Shown: positions 7,828-15,858 of the stretch, piece by piece
Layout: each line of letters starts with the position of its first letter
Position numbering within the stretch: position 1 is the stretch's first letter
From: Nanobdellati archaeon
GTDB lineage: Archaea > EX4484-52 > GLR71
DNA: 64,000 nt
Assembly (NCBI GenBank): GCA_019429125.1
Contig: JAHYJO010000003.1
Location: forward strand, 208-64,207
Reading direction: 5' to 3'
Made by a program: the position numbers and the translations under genes
The notes under the pieces: model-generated
Databases searched by the model: none
What the model was told of the DNA's origin: nothing
The model's input: only the letters and a program-made list of their open reading frames with translations

Positions 7828-8208
7828 ATGAAACGTCTAACAATCAAAGATATGCAGAAATTAGCAGGACTTAAAGGTGGTAGATGTAGTTCTGAGGAAT
7901 ATATCAGTTCAAGAATTAAACTCAAATGGCGCTGTAAAAATGGGCATGTCTGGGAAACTACACCCAAAGATATAAAAAGAGGTTCATGGTGTCCCAAATG
8001 CGAAAAAGTCGCAGATCTTTCAATCAACGAGATGCATAAGATAGCTAAAGATAGAGGTGGTAAATGTCTCTCTAAAAAATATATAAATAGTTACACAGAC
8101 CTCAAATGGTGCTGTAAAAAAGGACACGAATGGGAAACAACACATGATTCAATTAAAAAAGGTAAATGGTGCCCAACTTGTGCAAAGGAAATAACCAAAG
8201 CAAGATAA
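7828..8208 (+). CDS. Tandem-duplicated zinc-ribbon module protein
   Basis: Two ~58-aa repeats with the pattern GG.C.S..Y......LKW.C..GH.WET.....IK.G.WCP.C. Confidence 0.6.
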   Translation: MKRLTIKDMQKLAGLKGGRCSSEEYISSRIKLKWRCKNGHVWETTPKDIKRGSWCPKCEKVADLSINEMHKIAKDRGGKCLSKKYINSYTDLKWCCKKGHEWETTHDSIKKGKWCPTCAKEITKAR

Positions 8209-8261
8209 AAATCTTACATACTGGATAAACAATATAAAGCCAAAAGAACAGAAGTTATAAT

Positions 8262-8804
8262 ATGGATACTCTATTTCATCTTGTCTTTTCAGTCATTGTA
8301 GGTCTTGCAATCTGCCTCAAGAGGAAACACAAAATAAGTATTCTTATAGCCCTTGCATCATTATCCATACTTGTTGACATTGATCATTTTTTTTGGTTTG
8401 AGACAAGAGGAACTTTCCATAACATATTTTTTATATTCTTAATACCGTTGACCTTATTCGCAGTATCATATATTTACGAAAACAAAAAATCTATACGCCT
8501 GCAGACATATTCATTGCTACTATTTGTGATGTTGACAGGACACGTCATAACTGATATGTTTTATGGTGGTATCGTTAAGATTTTCTATCCTTTATCGACT
8601 GTATCTTACAGTTTTCCAAACTATACAATTCTAGCAACATCTGAATTCTATTCACCTATAATAGCCGGAGACGGGTTGATACTGCTCATTTGTTCTATAA
8701 TACTATTATCTGTAATATTCATAGAAGATGTAATCTATCATTTTGAGATTAAAAATGAGAGTAAAAAGAAAGCTTTGCGCAGTGCCTTCAAAAATCTTGT
8801 ATAG
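8262..8804 (+). CDS. Membrane-bound metal-dependent hydrolase, YdjM/DUF457-like
   Basis: MDTLFHLVFS... N-terminus, a DIDH motif and 5-6 hydrophobic segments. Confidence 0.6.
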   Translation: MDTLFHLVFSVIVGLAICLKRKHKISILIALASLSILVDIDHFFWFETRGTFHNIFFIFLIPLTLFAVSYIYENKKSIRLQTYSLLLFVMLTGHVITDMFYGGIVKIFYPLSTVSYSFPNYTILATSEFYSPIIAGDGLILLICSIILLSVIFIEDVIYHFEIKNESKKKALRSAFKNLV

Positions 8805-8819
8805 GTCTTGTTAAAAATA

Positions 8820-9107
8820 TCATCTTAAAACTTCCCAATGCCCACCTTTATCAGGACCAACTCTTTTGATTCTATTTTCGTTTTTAAGCTTTTTTAATTG
8901 CCCTTCAATAGCCTTTAGGCTTATCTCTAATTTTTCAGATAATTCAATTTGTGTAATAGACTTGTTACTCAAAATAAGTTCAATGATTTTCTCCCTAGTT
9001 TTCTCCCTAGTTTTCACAACATTCTTTATCTCAAATGTAGCGCTAAAAAATCCAGAAAACTCAACAATTTCAGACTCTTTATCCATAAAAAACCCTTTTA
9101 AAATCAA
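8820..9107 (-). CDS. wHTH-only mini-protein derived from the AlbA_2/ATPase family by internal deletion
   Basis: N-terminus ESEIVEF parallels ESLNLEF of the intact paralog. It is then joined directly to FSATFEIKN..(TREK)2..IELILSNKSITQIELSEKL...KRVGPDKGGHWEVLR. The family promoter block is retained upstream. Confidence 0.6.
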   Translation of the reverse strand: MILKGFFMDKESEIVEFSGFFSATFEIKNVVKTREKTREKIIELILSNKSITQIELSEKLEISLKAIEGQLKKLKNENRIKRVGPDKGGHWEVLR

Positions 9108-9123
9108 TATTACAGTATATTAC

Positions 9124-9177
9124 AGTATTATTGACTTTACAGAGTACATAATAACTGGTTACTACCTAAGGTGGTAA
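9124..9177 (-). promoter_or_regulatory. Second copy of the family promoter block (ACTAC-N5-GTGGT)
   Basis: See 3457..3507. It is preceded by a 10-bp tandem duplication attacagtat x2. Confidence 0.4.
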
Positions 9178-9232
9178 AAGATAAGAAACAGAAAATGTTA
9201 CTATGCAATCAAATTACATAATTTATCATATT

Positions 9233-10126
9233 CTAAAAATACAATTTCAAAAAATTAGCCCTGTGCCCTGCGCCAACAATCAACAAGACATCACCATAAG
9301 TAGCAATAGCATCAAGTTGACTTTTAATAAACCGAGTCTTGGTTTTACTAATCTCATCGTGTTTTTCATATTCAGTCAGGCCACCGCCTTGTTGAAATGT
9401 TGAAATATTAAATATCTCTTTATAATCTGCAGTTACCATATCCACAGCTTTGACAATGATATTATTTTCTTTTGCGAAATTCAAAATGCGCGTATAATCA
9501 TCATAAGGTCCAACAGATGCATGGTCTTGAGCTAATTTTATCCTGACCACAGTAGAGTCTATATTACCGGCCATATAACTATCAATAATTCTTTGTCCAT
9601 CATCGGATGTCAATTCAAGTGCCAAAACATTAGGTTCTATTGCCTCAATCCCTTTAAGAAATATGTCCACACGATCAATATCAACACACATATAGCCTCT
9701 TGAAATTTCACTTATTTTATGGTTCGTGTCCCATAGACAAGTTATATTTTCATTAATATTTTCATAAGAAAAGACAATTGGAACCTTATCACCAGATACA
9801 ATAATATCCAATCCATATTCATTATCTATTGGAAATGGAAGCTTAAAATATTTCTTAAATGCAAGCAACATTGCTAATTCCTTAACTTCATATTTATTAT
9901 ATAGCATATCATGATTAGATTTATTTATTTTCAATTGTTCTAAATTATTAAACATATATTTTGGTACTTCTGAATTCGATTGTCCCTTTGGTAAATTTTT
10001 ATAACCTATAATATCAATTGTATATCTTTGACATTCCTCTGCTAATCTAATGACTTGTTCCTTAAGTTTTTTGAATTCATCTATGTCTGCCTGAATCTTA
10101 TGTATACCTTCTGGACTAAAATCCAT
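9233..10126 (-). CDS. Hypothetical protein; C-terminal half weakly reminiscent of the ChaN/TraB/Tiki-type fold
   Basis: Long ORF. The family hint rests only on ...ALELTSDDGQRIIDSYMAGNI..., YDDYTRILNFAKENNIIVKAVDM and the terminal DVLLIVGAGH. ATG at 10126; the track TTG start is at 10138. Confidence 0.55.
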   Translation of the reverse strand: MDFSPEGIHKIQADIDEFKKLKEQVIRLAEECQRYTIDIIGYKNLPKGQSNSEVPKYMFNNLEQLKINKSNHDMLYNKYEVKELAMLLAFKKYFKLPFPIDNEYGLDIIVSGDKVPIVFSYENINENITCLWDTNHKISEISRGYMCVDIDRVDIFLKGIEAIEPNVLALELTSDDGQRIIDSYMAGNIDSTVVRIKLAQDHASVGPYDDYTRILNFAKENNIIVKAVDMVTADYKEIFNISTFQQGGGLTEYEKHDEISKTKTRFIKSQLDAIATYGDVLLIVGAGHRANFLKLYF

Positions 10127-10225
10127 ATAAATCACCAATAATAAATATTAGTTTTCAAATCTTTTTAATTTCACTTATAATCGCAAAAAATAAAAATTTT
10201 AAATAGAATATGTTAAGTAATCCAT

Positions 10226-10864
10226 CTAATAATCATCAAGTTTTAGTTCTTTATCAAACCGTTTCAAATTACCCGCATCAATAGTCCATATCCTAAAAAA
10301 TTCAGAAGTTGCTTTTACTAAGTCACTAAGTGTAGCCCCAACAATATATGAAGAATTTTTCACGTCACCCACATCTACTATCTCAATATTTTTGGAATCT
10401 TTTAACAGATTCAATATTGGGTCATCGTAACCCAAATCGCAAGCATTAAGGGTTGATATAGTATTTATAAAATAATTTCGAAGTTCACTGATACAATATC
10501 CATATTCATGAGATCCTAATAATTGATAGTTAAATATAGGAGGCATACTCAACAGCTCTAATTGCTCCAATAAATCAGATATTTTAGTTTTATTGATTAG
10601 AATTTCTGCTTCAGCTGTATCTTGAAGAGCAATTGCTGTCCTTTCAATAAATTTATATTTTTCATCATCTGAGAGACTTATATAATTTTTATCATAAGTT
10701 ATTGGTACTGGTAATTCAACAAAGACTTTAGTAAGTTTATCATCAATTCCTATATAAAAAGTAAGTAGCTTACCAGAAAAAGTCATATCACCTTTTCTAA
10801 GATTCCATTTGTTTGATATTTCAGAAGTTAAGTCGATTATTGTGAACTTTTTATCATACATCAT
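10226..10864 (-). CDS. Hypothetical protein (no recognisable domain)
   Basis: 212-aa ORF immediately upstream of, and co-oriented with, 9233..10126. Confidence 0.55.
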   Translation of the reverse strand: MMYDKKFTIIDLTSEISNKWNLRKGDMTFSGKLLTFYIGIDDKLTKVFVELPVPITYDKNYISLSDDEKYKFIERTAIALQDTAEAEILINKTKISDLLEQLELLSMPPIFNYQLLGSHEYGYCISELRNYFINTISTLNACDLGYDDPILNLLKDSKNIEIVDVGDVKNSSYIVGATLSDLVKATSEFFRIWTIDAGNLKRFDKELKLDDY

Positions 10865-10944
10865 AATAAAATAATTATTAACTTTTTAAACTTATGTTTG
10901 TCACATAACAAAGATAACAAATATTAATTAAAACTATAATTTTC

Positions 10945-10965
10945 TACCGGCACAACCGGCATGCC
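10945..10965. promoter_or_regulatory. GC-rich motif TACCGGCACA-N7-TGCC upstream of the Cas4-like/HerA genes
   Basis: The same 10-mer recurs at 33228..33237 upstream of uvrA, followed there by TGCC after 4 nt. In both cases it lies just upstream of a TATA-like element. Confidence 0.4.
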
Positions 10966-11007
10966 TGTATAGAACTCCTTAAATACTCTCAAAAGTTAAT
11001 AACACAC

Positions 11008-11625
11008 ATGAAACTAGTCCCCATATCAGCCCTTGGAACCCACAATTACTGCCAGTGTCAGATAATATTAAGATACATAAGAAAGATGCACCCCGGAACT
11101 GATAAAGTCTACGACGGAATAACAGCCCATAGACTATTAGATACAAATTTCATAAAATCTGCAGACATAGAAGACACAGTAGATAACATAATAACAAGAG
11201 CAAAAAAAGAAAACACAATATTTTGCACAAGAGAAATAAAAGTAAGATCAAAAGAACACAGATTGATTGGACGAATTGACGAGGTAGAGCTCCATCCAAA
11301 AAAGATTATAATAATTGACGACAAACCAAACGCAAAAGCATACCAATCCTCAAAACTTCAGGTCACAGGTTACTGCATAGCATTCAAAAAAAATTACAAC
11401 ATAAAAAAAGACATTTATGCAGCAGTAAGGGACAGAGACACTGGAGTGATTGTCTGGATGGAAAAGTTTGAAAGTAATAGCTCTTTAGCAGAAACAGTGA
11501 AAACAAGCGTGGAATCAATACTAGCGCTCACTGCAGGAATTAGCAAACCCAAACCTCAAAAAGACATAAACCGTTGCAATTCATGCGGTTATCTTGACCG
11601 TTGCACATACAGGGAAGGTTTCTAA
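11008..11625 (+). CDS. Cas4-like PD-(D/E)xK nuclease with 4-Cys Fe-S signature (stand-alone, not CRISPR-linked)
   Basis: N-terminal Cys in NYCQCQ, GRIDEV, IIIDDKP, QVTGYC and C-terminal CNSCGYLDRC match the Cas4/DUF83 motif order. Confidence 0.75.
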   Translation: MKLVPISALGTHNYCQCQIILRYIRKMHPGTDKVYDGITAHRLLDTNFIKSADIEDTVDNIITRAKKENTIFCTREIKVRSKEHRLIGRIDEVELHPKKIIIIDDKPNAKAYQSSKLQVTGYCIAFKKNYNIKKDIYAAVRDRDTGVIVWMEKFESNSSLAETVKTSVESILALTAGISKPKPQKDINRCNSCGYLDRCTYREGF

Positions 11626-11669
11626 GATTTATTAAGGTTAAACAATAATTAAAAACAAGGTAATAATAA

Positions 11670-13178
11670 ATGAAAATAGGAACTGTAATCTCAACAATGG
11701 ACGGGCCAAGCACAACTTCTTTTGATTTTGTAGTAACAGCGAAAGACAAAGTCTTAAAAGGCCAGTTTGTAAGCGTAGAAACCAAAGAAGGAACAATAAT
11801 AGCGCGCGTTGACGAGATAATAAAAACAAACAGATATCTTGAACGCCCCGATTCAGTAGGCGAATACGAAAAAGGTGGAGAATCAATAAAAGACATATTT
11901 CCGACAGCAAGATGGGAATTTTTAGTTGCAAGAACTGAAATATTAGGTGTCGCAACAGAAACCACAATAAACAGATCTAAATATCCACCATCACCAGGCG
12001 CCGAAGTCACACCGTCAGAAGAAAAAATAGTAGTCAAATTCTTAAGCCTTGATCTTGAAAACGGTCTAGATATTGGCACTTTAGAATACCAAGACATTCC
12101 CGCAAAGATAAACCTTACAAGACTTTTCCAGAAACACGTAGCAATCCTTGCGATGAGTGGTGCAGGCAAAAGTTACCTCACTACAGTCTTATTTGAAGAG
12201 TTGATGGACAGAACTGAAAAGACTGGTCAGGTAGCAATAGTAGTCCTTGACCCTCACGGCGAATACTCATCCCTTTCAGAAGACCGTAAATACATGAAAA
12301 AAGTAAAAGTCATAAAAGGTAAAGATATACAAATCAGTATCCAGAATTACACCGCAAGATTTTTTGAACGTTTCTTTGAATCTTTGTCACCTGCCCAGTC
12401 ACTAGCTTTAGACAAGACATTAAATGAATTAAGAAAAGAGTTCAAAGACAGTGGTAAGTTTGACCTTGACGACCTAATCAAGACATTAAAAGCAGACTCA
12501 ACCTTAAAATCAAACGTCAAAGACCCCATCCTAGGAAGATTATCAAGCCTGAAAAACATGAAACTTTTCGGCAAGTTTGATTATCCAACTTTAAAAGATG
12601 TAAAACCAGGCCATCTAGTCATAATTGACATGAGCACACTCATGAATCAACAAAAACGCCAAGTGATAGCAGCGTCAATTGCAGAAAATCTATTCGCAGA
12701 AAGACAGAAAGGCAACATCCCACCATTTGTATTGGTTGTCGAAGAAGCGCACAACTTTGCCCCGGAAAAAGTCAAAAAAACAAGTGCAATATCAAAATCC
12801 ATAATTGAAAAGATAGCGCGAGAAGGCCGGAAATTCTATGCATCCCTGTGCCTTGTAAGCCAGAGACCCGTATACCTATCAACAACAGCACTGTCTCAGT
12901 GTAACACACACATTATAATGCGCGTCACAAATCCCTCAGACCTTGACCACATAGGCCGAACAAGTGAAGGCCTGACAAGAGATGTAGTCAACTCCATCGC
13001 ATCATTGAGAACTGGCGAGGCAGTGATAGTGGGTGAAGCCGTAGGTTACCCTACATTCATAAAGGTCCGAAAAAGAAAGTCTGATGAGCCTGCGCATTCA
13101 AGAACATTGGAACAGGCCGCAGTAGAATATTCAGATAATAAGAAGCAGTATGATAAAGATTTAGATGCTTTTCTATAA
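11670..13178 (+). CDS. herA: HerA-type (DUF87) ATPase/helicase
   Basis: N-terminal HAS-barrel-like region (GTVIS...GQFVSVE...IARVDEI), Walker A AMSGAGKSY, Walker B VLVVEEAHNF, and SLCLVSQRP...THIIMRVTNPSD. Confidence 0.88.
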   Translation: MKIGTVISTMDGPSTTSFDFVVTAKDKVLKGQFVSVETKEGTIIARVDEIIKTNRYLERPDSVGEYEKGGESIKDIFPTARWEFLVARTEILGVATETTINRSKYPPSPGAEVTPSEEKIVVKFLSLDLENGLDIGTLEYQDIPAKINLTRLFQKHVAILAMSGAGKSYLTTVLFEELMDRTEKTGQVAIVVLDPHGEYSSLSEDRKYMKKVKVIKGKDIQISIQNYTARFFERFFESLSPAQSLALDKTLNELRKEFKDSGKFDLDDLIKTLKADSTLKSNVKDPILGRLSSLKNMKLFGKFDYPTLKDVKPGHLVIIDMSTLMNQQKRQVIAASIAENLFAERQKGNIPPFVLVVEEAHNFAPEKVKKTSAISKSIIEKIAREGRKFYASLCLVSQRPVYLSTTALSQCNTHIIMRVTNPSDLDHIGRTSEGLTRDVVNSIASLRTGEAVIVGEAVGYPTFIKVRKRKSDEPAHSRTLEQAAVEYSDNKKQYDKDLDAFL

Positions 13179-13235
13179 AAACGACGGCAGATGTTTAGGT
13201 TTTGTAAGAATCCCTTCATATAAAAGTTCTTTAAC

Positions 13236-13763
13236 CTATGACAGATCTTCAATCCCTACTTTACCGACATAAAGCATTTTAAGGTCACCACCAGCATCAG
13301 CAAATTCCTTTACTTTGTAAAATCCTTCAAGATAAACATGGTCTTTGACATACCCTCTACCTCTATATACCCGTACACACAGGTTCCAAACATTATCATC
13401 TGTAAACGCAAAACCTGCCAAAATATCAAAACATTCTCTGAAACTTAATCCTTTAACGACAGAATCAACAGCGATTAATCTTGCCACATAATCGCGCATC
13501 ATTTCCGGAATCATATTGCCAGTCTTATATTCAAAATATGATACCATTCCTTCTACTGTAGATAAGTATCCAGGTAGCCCCATAGCAAATATCTTTAATG
13601 GCTGACTATGACCATTAGCAGCCCGTAATACATGCCTCCATACCTCATGCGCACACAATCTTTTCAGGTCAATAGATGTAAATTTTCGGGTTTTACATAT
13701 CGTTATCTTTTTCTCGGTAGGATAGACAGTAGTCCATCTTTTACTTGAATATTCAATAGTCAA
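13236..13763 (-). pseudogene. C-terminal half of a DUF1704/MATCAP-like metallopeptidase
   Basis: CAHEVWRHVLRAANG (HExxxH) followed by STVEGMVSYFE (QEGLA-like). Only ~38 aa precede the metal motif. Confidence 0.55.
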
Positions 13764-13918
13764 CCCAGCCAGATTATAACAATCTAAAGCGTGCTATGAT
13801 TACTGTTGGTATGGGTTATGTTTTGGAGAATAAGATAAAATAAATTTATATTCCTAAAATGGAAAGTATATTTTTTGTACTCATAAATACCTCACAAATT
13901 GATTAAATCTTTATAATT

Positions 13919-14590
13919 TCACCTTGATTGACTATTGTGAGAAATAGAAATTGTACTGCAAAGTATCTCTGAAAGATTTGAAAGTGCAAAAATCTCATAT
14001 ATAGTTTGTTTTTTCATATATTGTTGATTATATTTCGCTGCAATTACCCAATGGGGTGTATGAGATATATCTTCTTCTAAGATATTAATGATACCATTTT
14101 GTGGAACTTTACCTTTTATTTCGGTTTTATCAAATTTATTTATACATTCATAAGACCCAAGAATCATGTCAATAATCTCGTTTATTTGTGTATTATATTC
14201 CTTACTAACCTGGCCATATAACCCGAAAAAGTTATCTGATGATACTGGATATAAAACTCCTTCCTGTATAATTATCGCCTGTGCAAGATATATTTTTAAT
14301 CCATCAATATCCAGTCCGTTTAACGCTTCATTTAATCCATATATAAATTGTTGAGAATCAATAGTTCCATCTTCTTGGACATATTGTTTAAGATCTTCAT
14401 CTTCTAAAAGTCCTGGTCCTGTAATTGCTATATTTGTGAGCCAGCTACATTTCTCACTAACTCCTTCAGGGATATTATATCTTGCAATATGTTCGTTTAC
14501 AATAGCACGCCCATCTACCAAGAGGTCCTGTTTGATTTTTTGATTATTATCAATAACTGTCGCATCTCTATATCCATTCATGTTCTGCAC
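13919..14590 (-). pseudogene. Probable N-terminal half of the same DUF1704-like gene
   Basis: It is co-oriented and 155 bp upstream of 13763. The combined size fits the family. The FFGLYGQVSKEYNTQINEII region resembles the family N-terminal part, a judgement from memory. Confidence 0.35.
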
Positions 14591-14691
14591 CGTTTTTTTT
14601 AAAACACAAACACTATTTTATATTATTAAATCTTTTTAAAACTAACGTTATGCAATAACTTTATAGAAATAATACATATATTATGAAATCA

Positions 14692-15792
14692 TCAAAGATG
14701 CAATTCAACAACATCCCCGTCAACAAGCACATGCCTGAGATTTTTTTTCTGACCGTCAAATTTAGCTGATTTTCCGTATATACGTGCAAATTTAAACCGT
14801 TTACTGAAACCCATATGCAACTTATCGCACACGTCACCCACAGTGCATCCATTCTTCATTATCAGTGGTTCCTCCATATCTACATCTTTACCAATAGGTT
14901 TAGTGTGTATCTGGATAAACTGTAATTTATCATATATCATAACCTTTAATTCTTCAAGATTTGTCTCTTTTTCAGCAGATATAAAAAGCAGAATATCATC
15001 TGGATACTGCTTGCGTATAGACTCCATCTCAGATTCATCAATAAATTCTGATTTATTGATAATTATCATCATAGGAACATATTTCCTGTTTGCAAGTATA
15101 ATATCTGTAAGCTGGTCATCCGTTATATCCGTATGTATTATTATATTTGCATTCATTATCCTGTGCCCGTTAAGGACCGCTTTAATCATCTGCTCATCAA
15201 TTTTCTCAAGTTTTACGGCCGTATTGACAGATATCCCACCACGGCCAGTCTTTTCGATTGTTACATCAGGTCTTTTAGAATCAAGCCGTATTCGACCATT
15301 GTAAAGTTCATTCTTGATGATGTCAATGTGTCTTATTTTAAATACATCAGTCATGATAATGACAAGATCCGAATTGCAGATGACAGACATTATCTCACGT
15401 CCACGTCCTTTACCCTCGGCTGCGCCCTCAATAATCCCAGGCACATCAAGTATCTGTATTTTTGCACCTTGATATTCCAAAACTCCAGGGATAACATCAA
15501 GTGTAGTGAAATCGTAACCTCCAACTGCAGAATTAGCATTTGTAATCTTATTGAGTAATGTAGACTTTCCCACTGATGGGAACCCTATAAGCACAACTGT
15601 AGCATCCCCTGTCTTCTTAACCGAATACCCCCCCAGAGCAGCTCCAGTGCCCGATGCTTTTTTCTCCTTGGTTTCACTAAGTGCTGCAATTTTAGCTTTA
15701 AGAAGACCTCTATGGTGCTGTGTACCTTTATTTGAAGGAGTCCTATCAAGTTCTTCTATAAGCTTTTGTATCTTATTGTCTTCCGCACCCAT
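14692..15792 (-). CDS. DRG-family GTPase with TGS domain
   Basis: NKGTQHHRGLLKAKIA, GFPSVGKSTLLN, DVPGIIEGA, and a C-terminal TGS-like region (NGCTVGDVCDKLH...VDGDVVEL). Confidence 0.92.
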   Translation of the reverse strand: MGAEDNKIQKLIEELDRTPSNKGTQHHRGLLKAKIAALSETKEKKASGTGAALGGYSVKKTGDATVVLIGFPSVGKSTLLNKITNANSAVGGYDFTTLDVIPGVLEYQGAKIQILDVPGIIEGAAEGKGRGREIMSVICNSDLVIIMTDVFKIRHIDIIKNELYNGRIRLDSKRPDVTIEKTGRGGISVNTAVKLEKIDEQMIKAVLNGHRIMNANIIIHTDITDDQLTDIILANRKYVPMMIIINKSEFIDESEMESIRKQYPDDILLFISAEKETNLEELKVMIYDKLQFIQIHTKPIGKDVDMEEPLIMKNGCTVGDVCDKLHMGFSKRFKFARIYGKSAKFDGQKKNLRHVLVDGDVVELHL

Positions 15793-15858
15793 ATGCTTTC
15801 AACTAATACTGTTATATTGATAAATATAAAAAGAATATACACTAAAACACATAAAAAA

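Noticed and set aside
11540-12169. Long antisense or alternative-frame track ORFs inside strong genes. Examples are 11540..12169 and 11638..11967 in herA, 22191..22703 in aIF5B and 25607..26245 in the coiled-coil gene. Others are 30217..30765 in the DUF1512-like gene, 33496..35229 in uvrA and 41699..42268 across tbp/LSm. The rest are 45078..45518 in tatD, 47747..48163 and 63137..63802 in the permease.
   Set aside because: Each overlaps a gene with unambiguous family motifs on the other strand or frame. Their translations are low-complexity (Ser/Leu/Phe/Ile-rich), as is typical of antisense reading of AT-rich genes.
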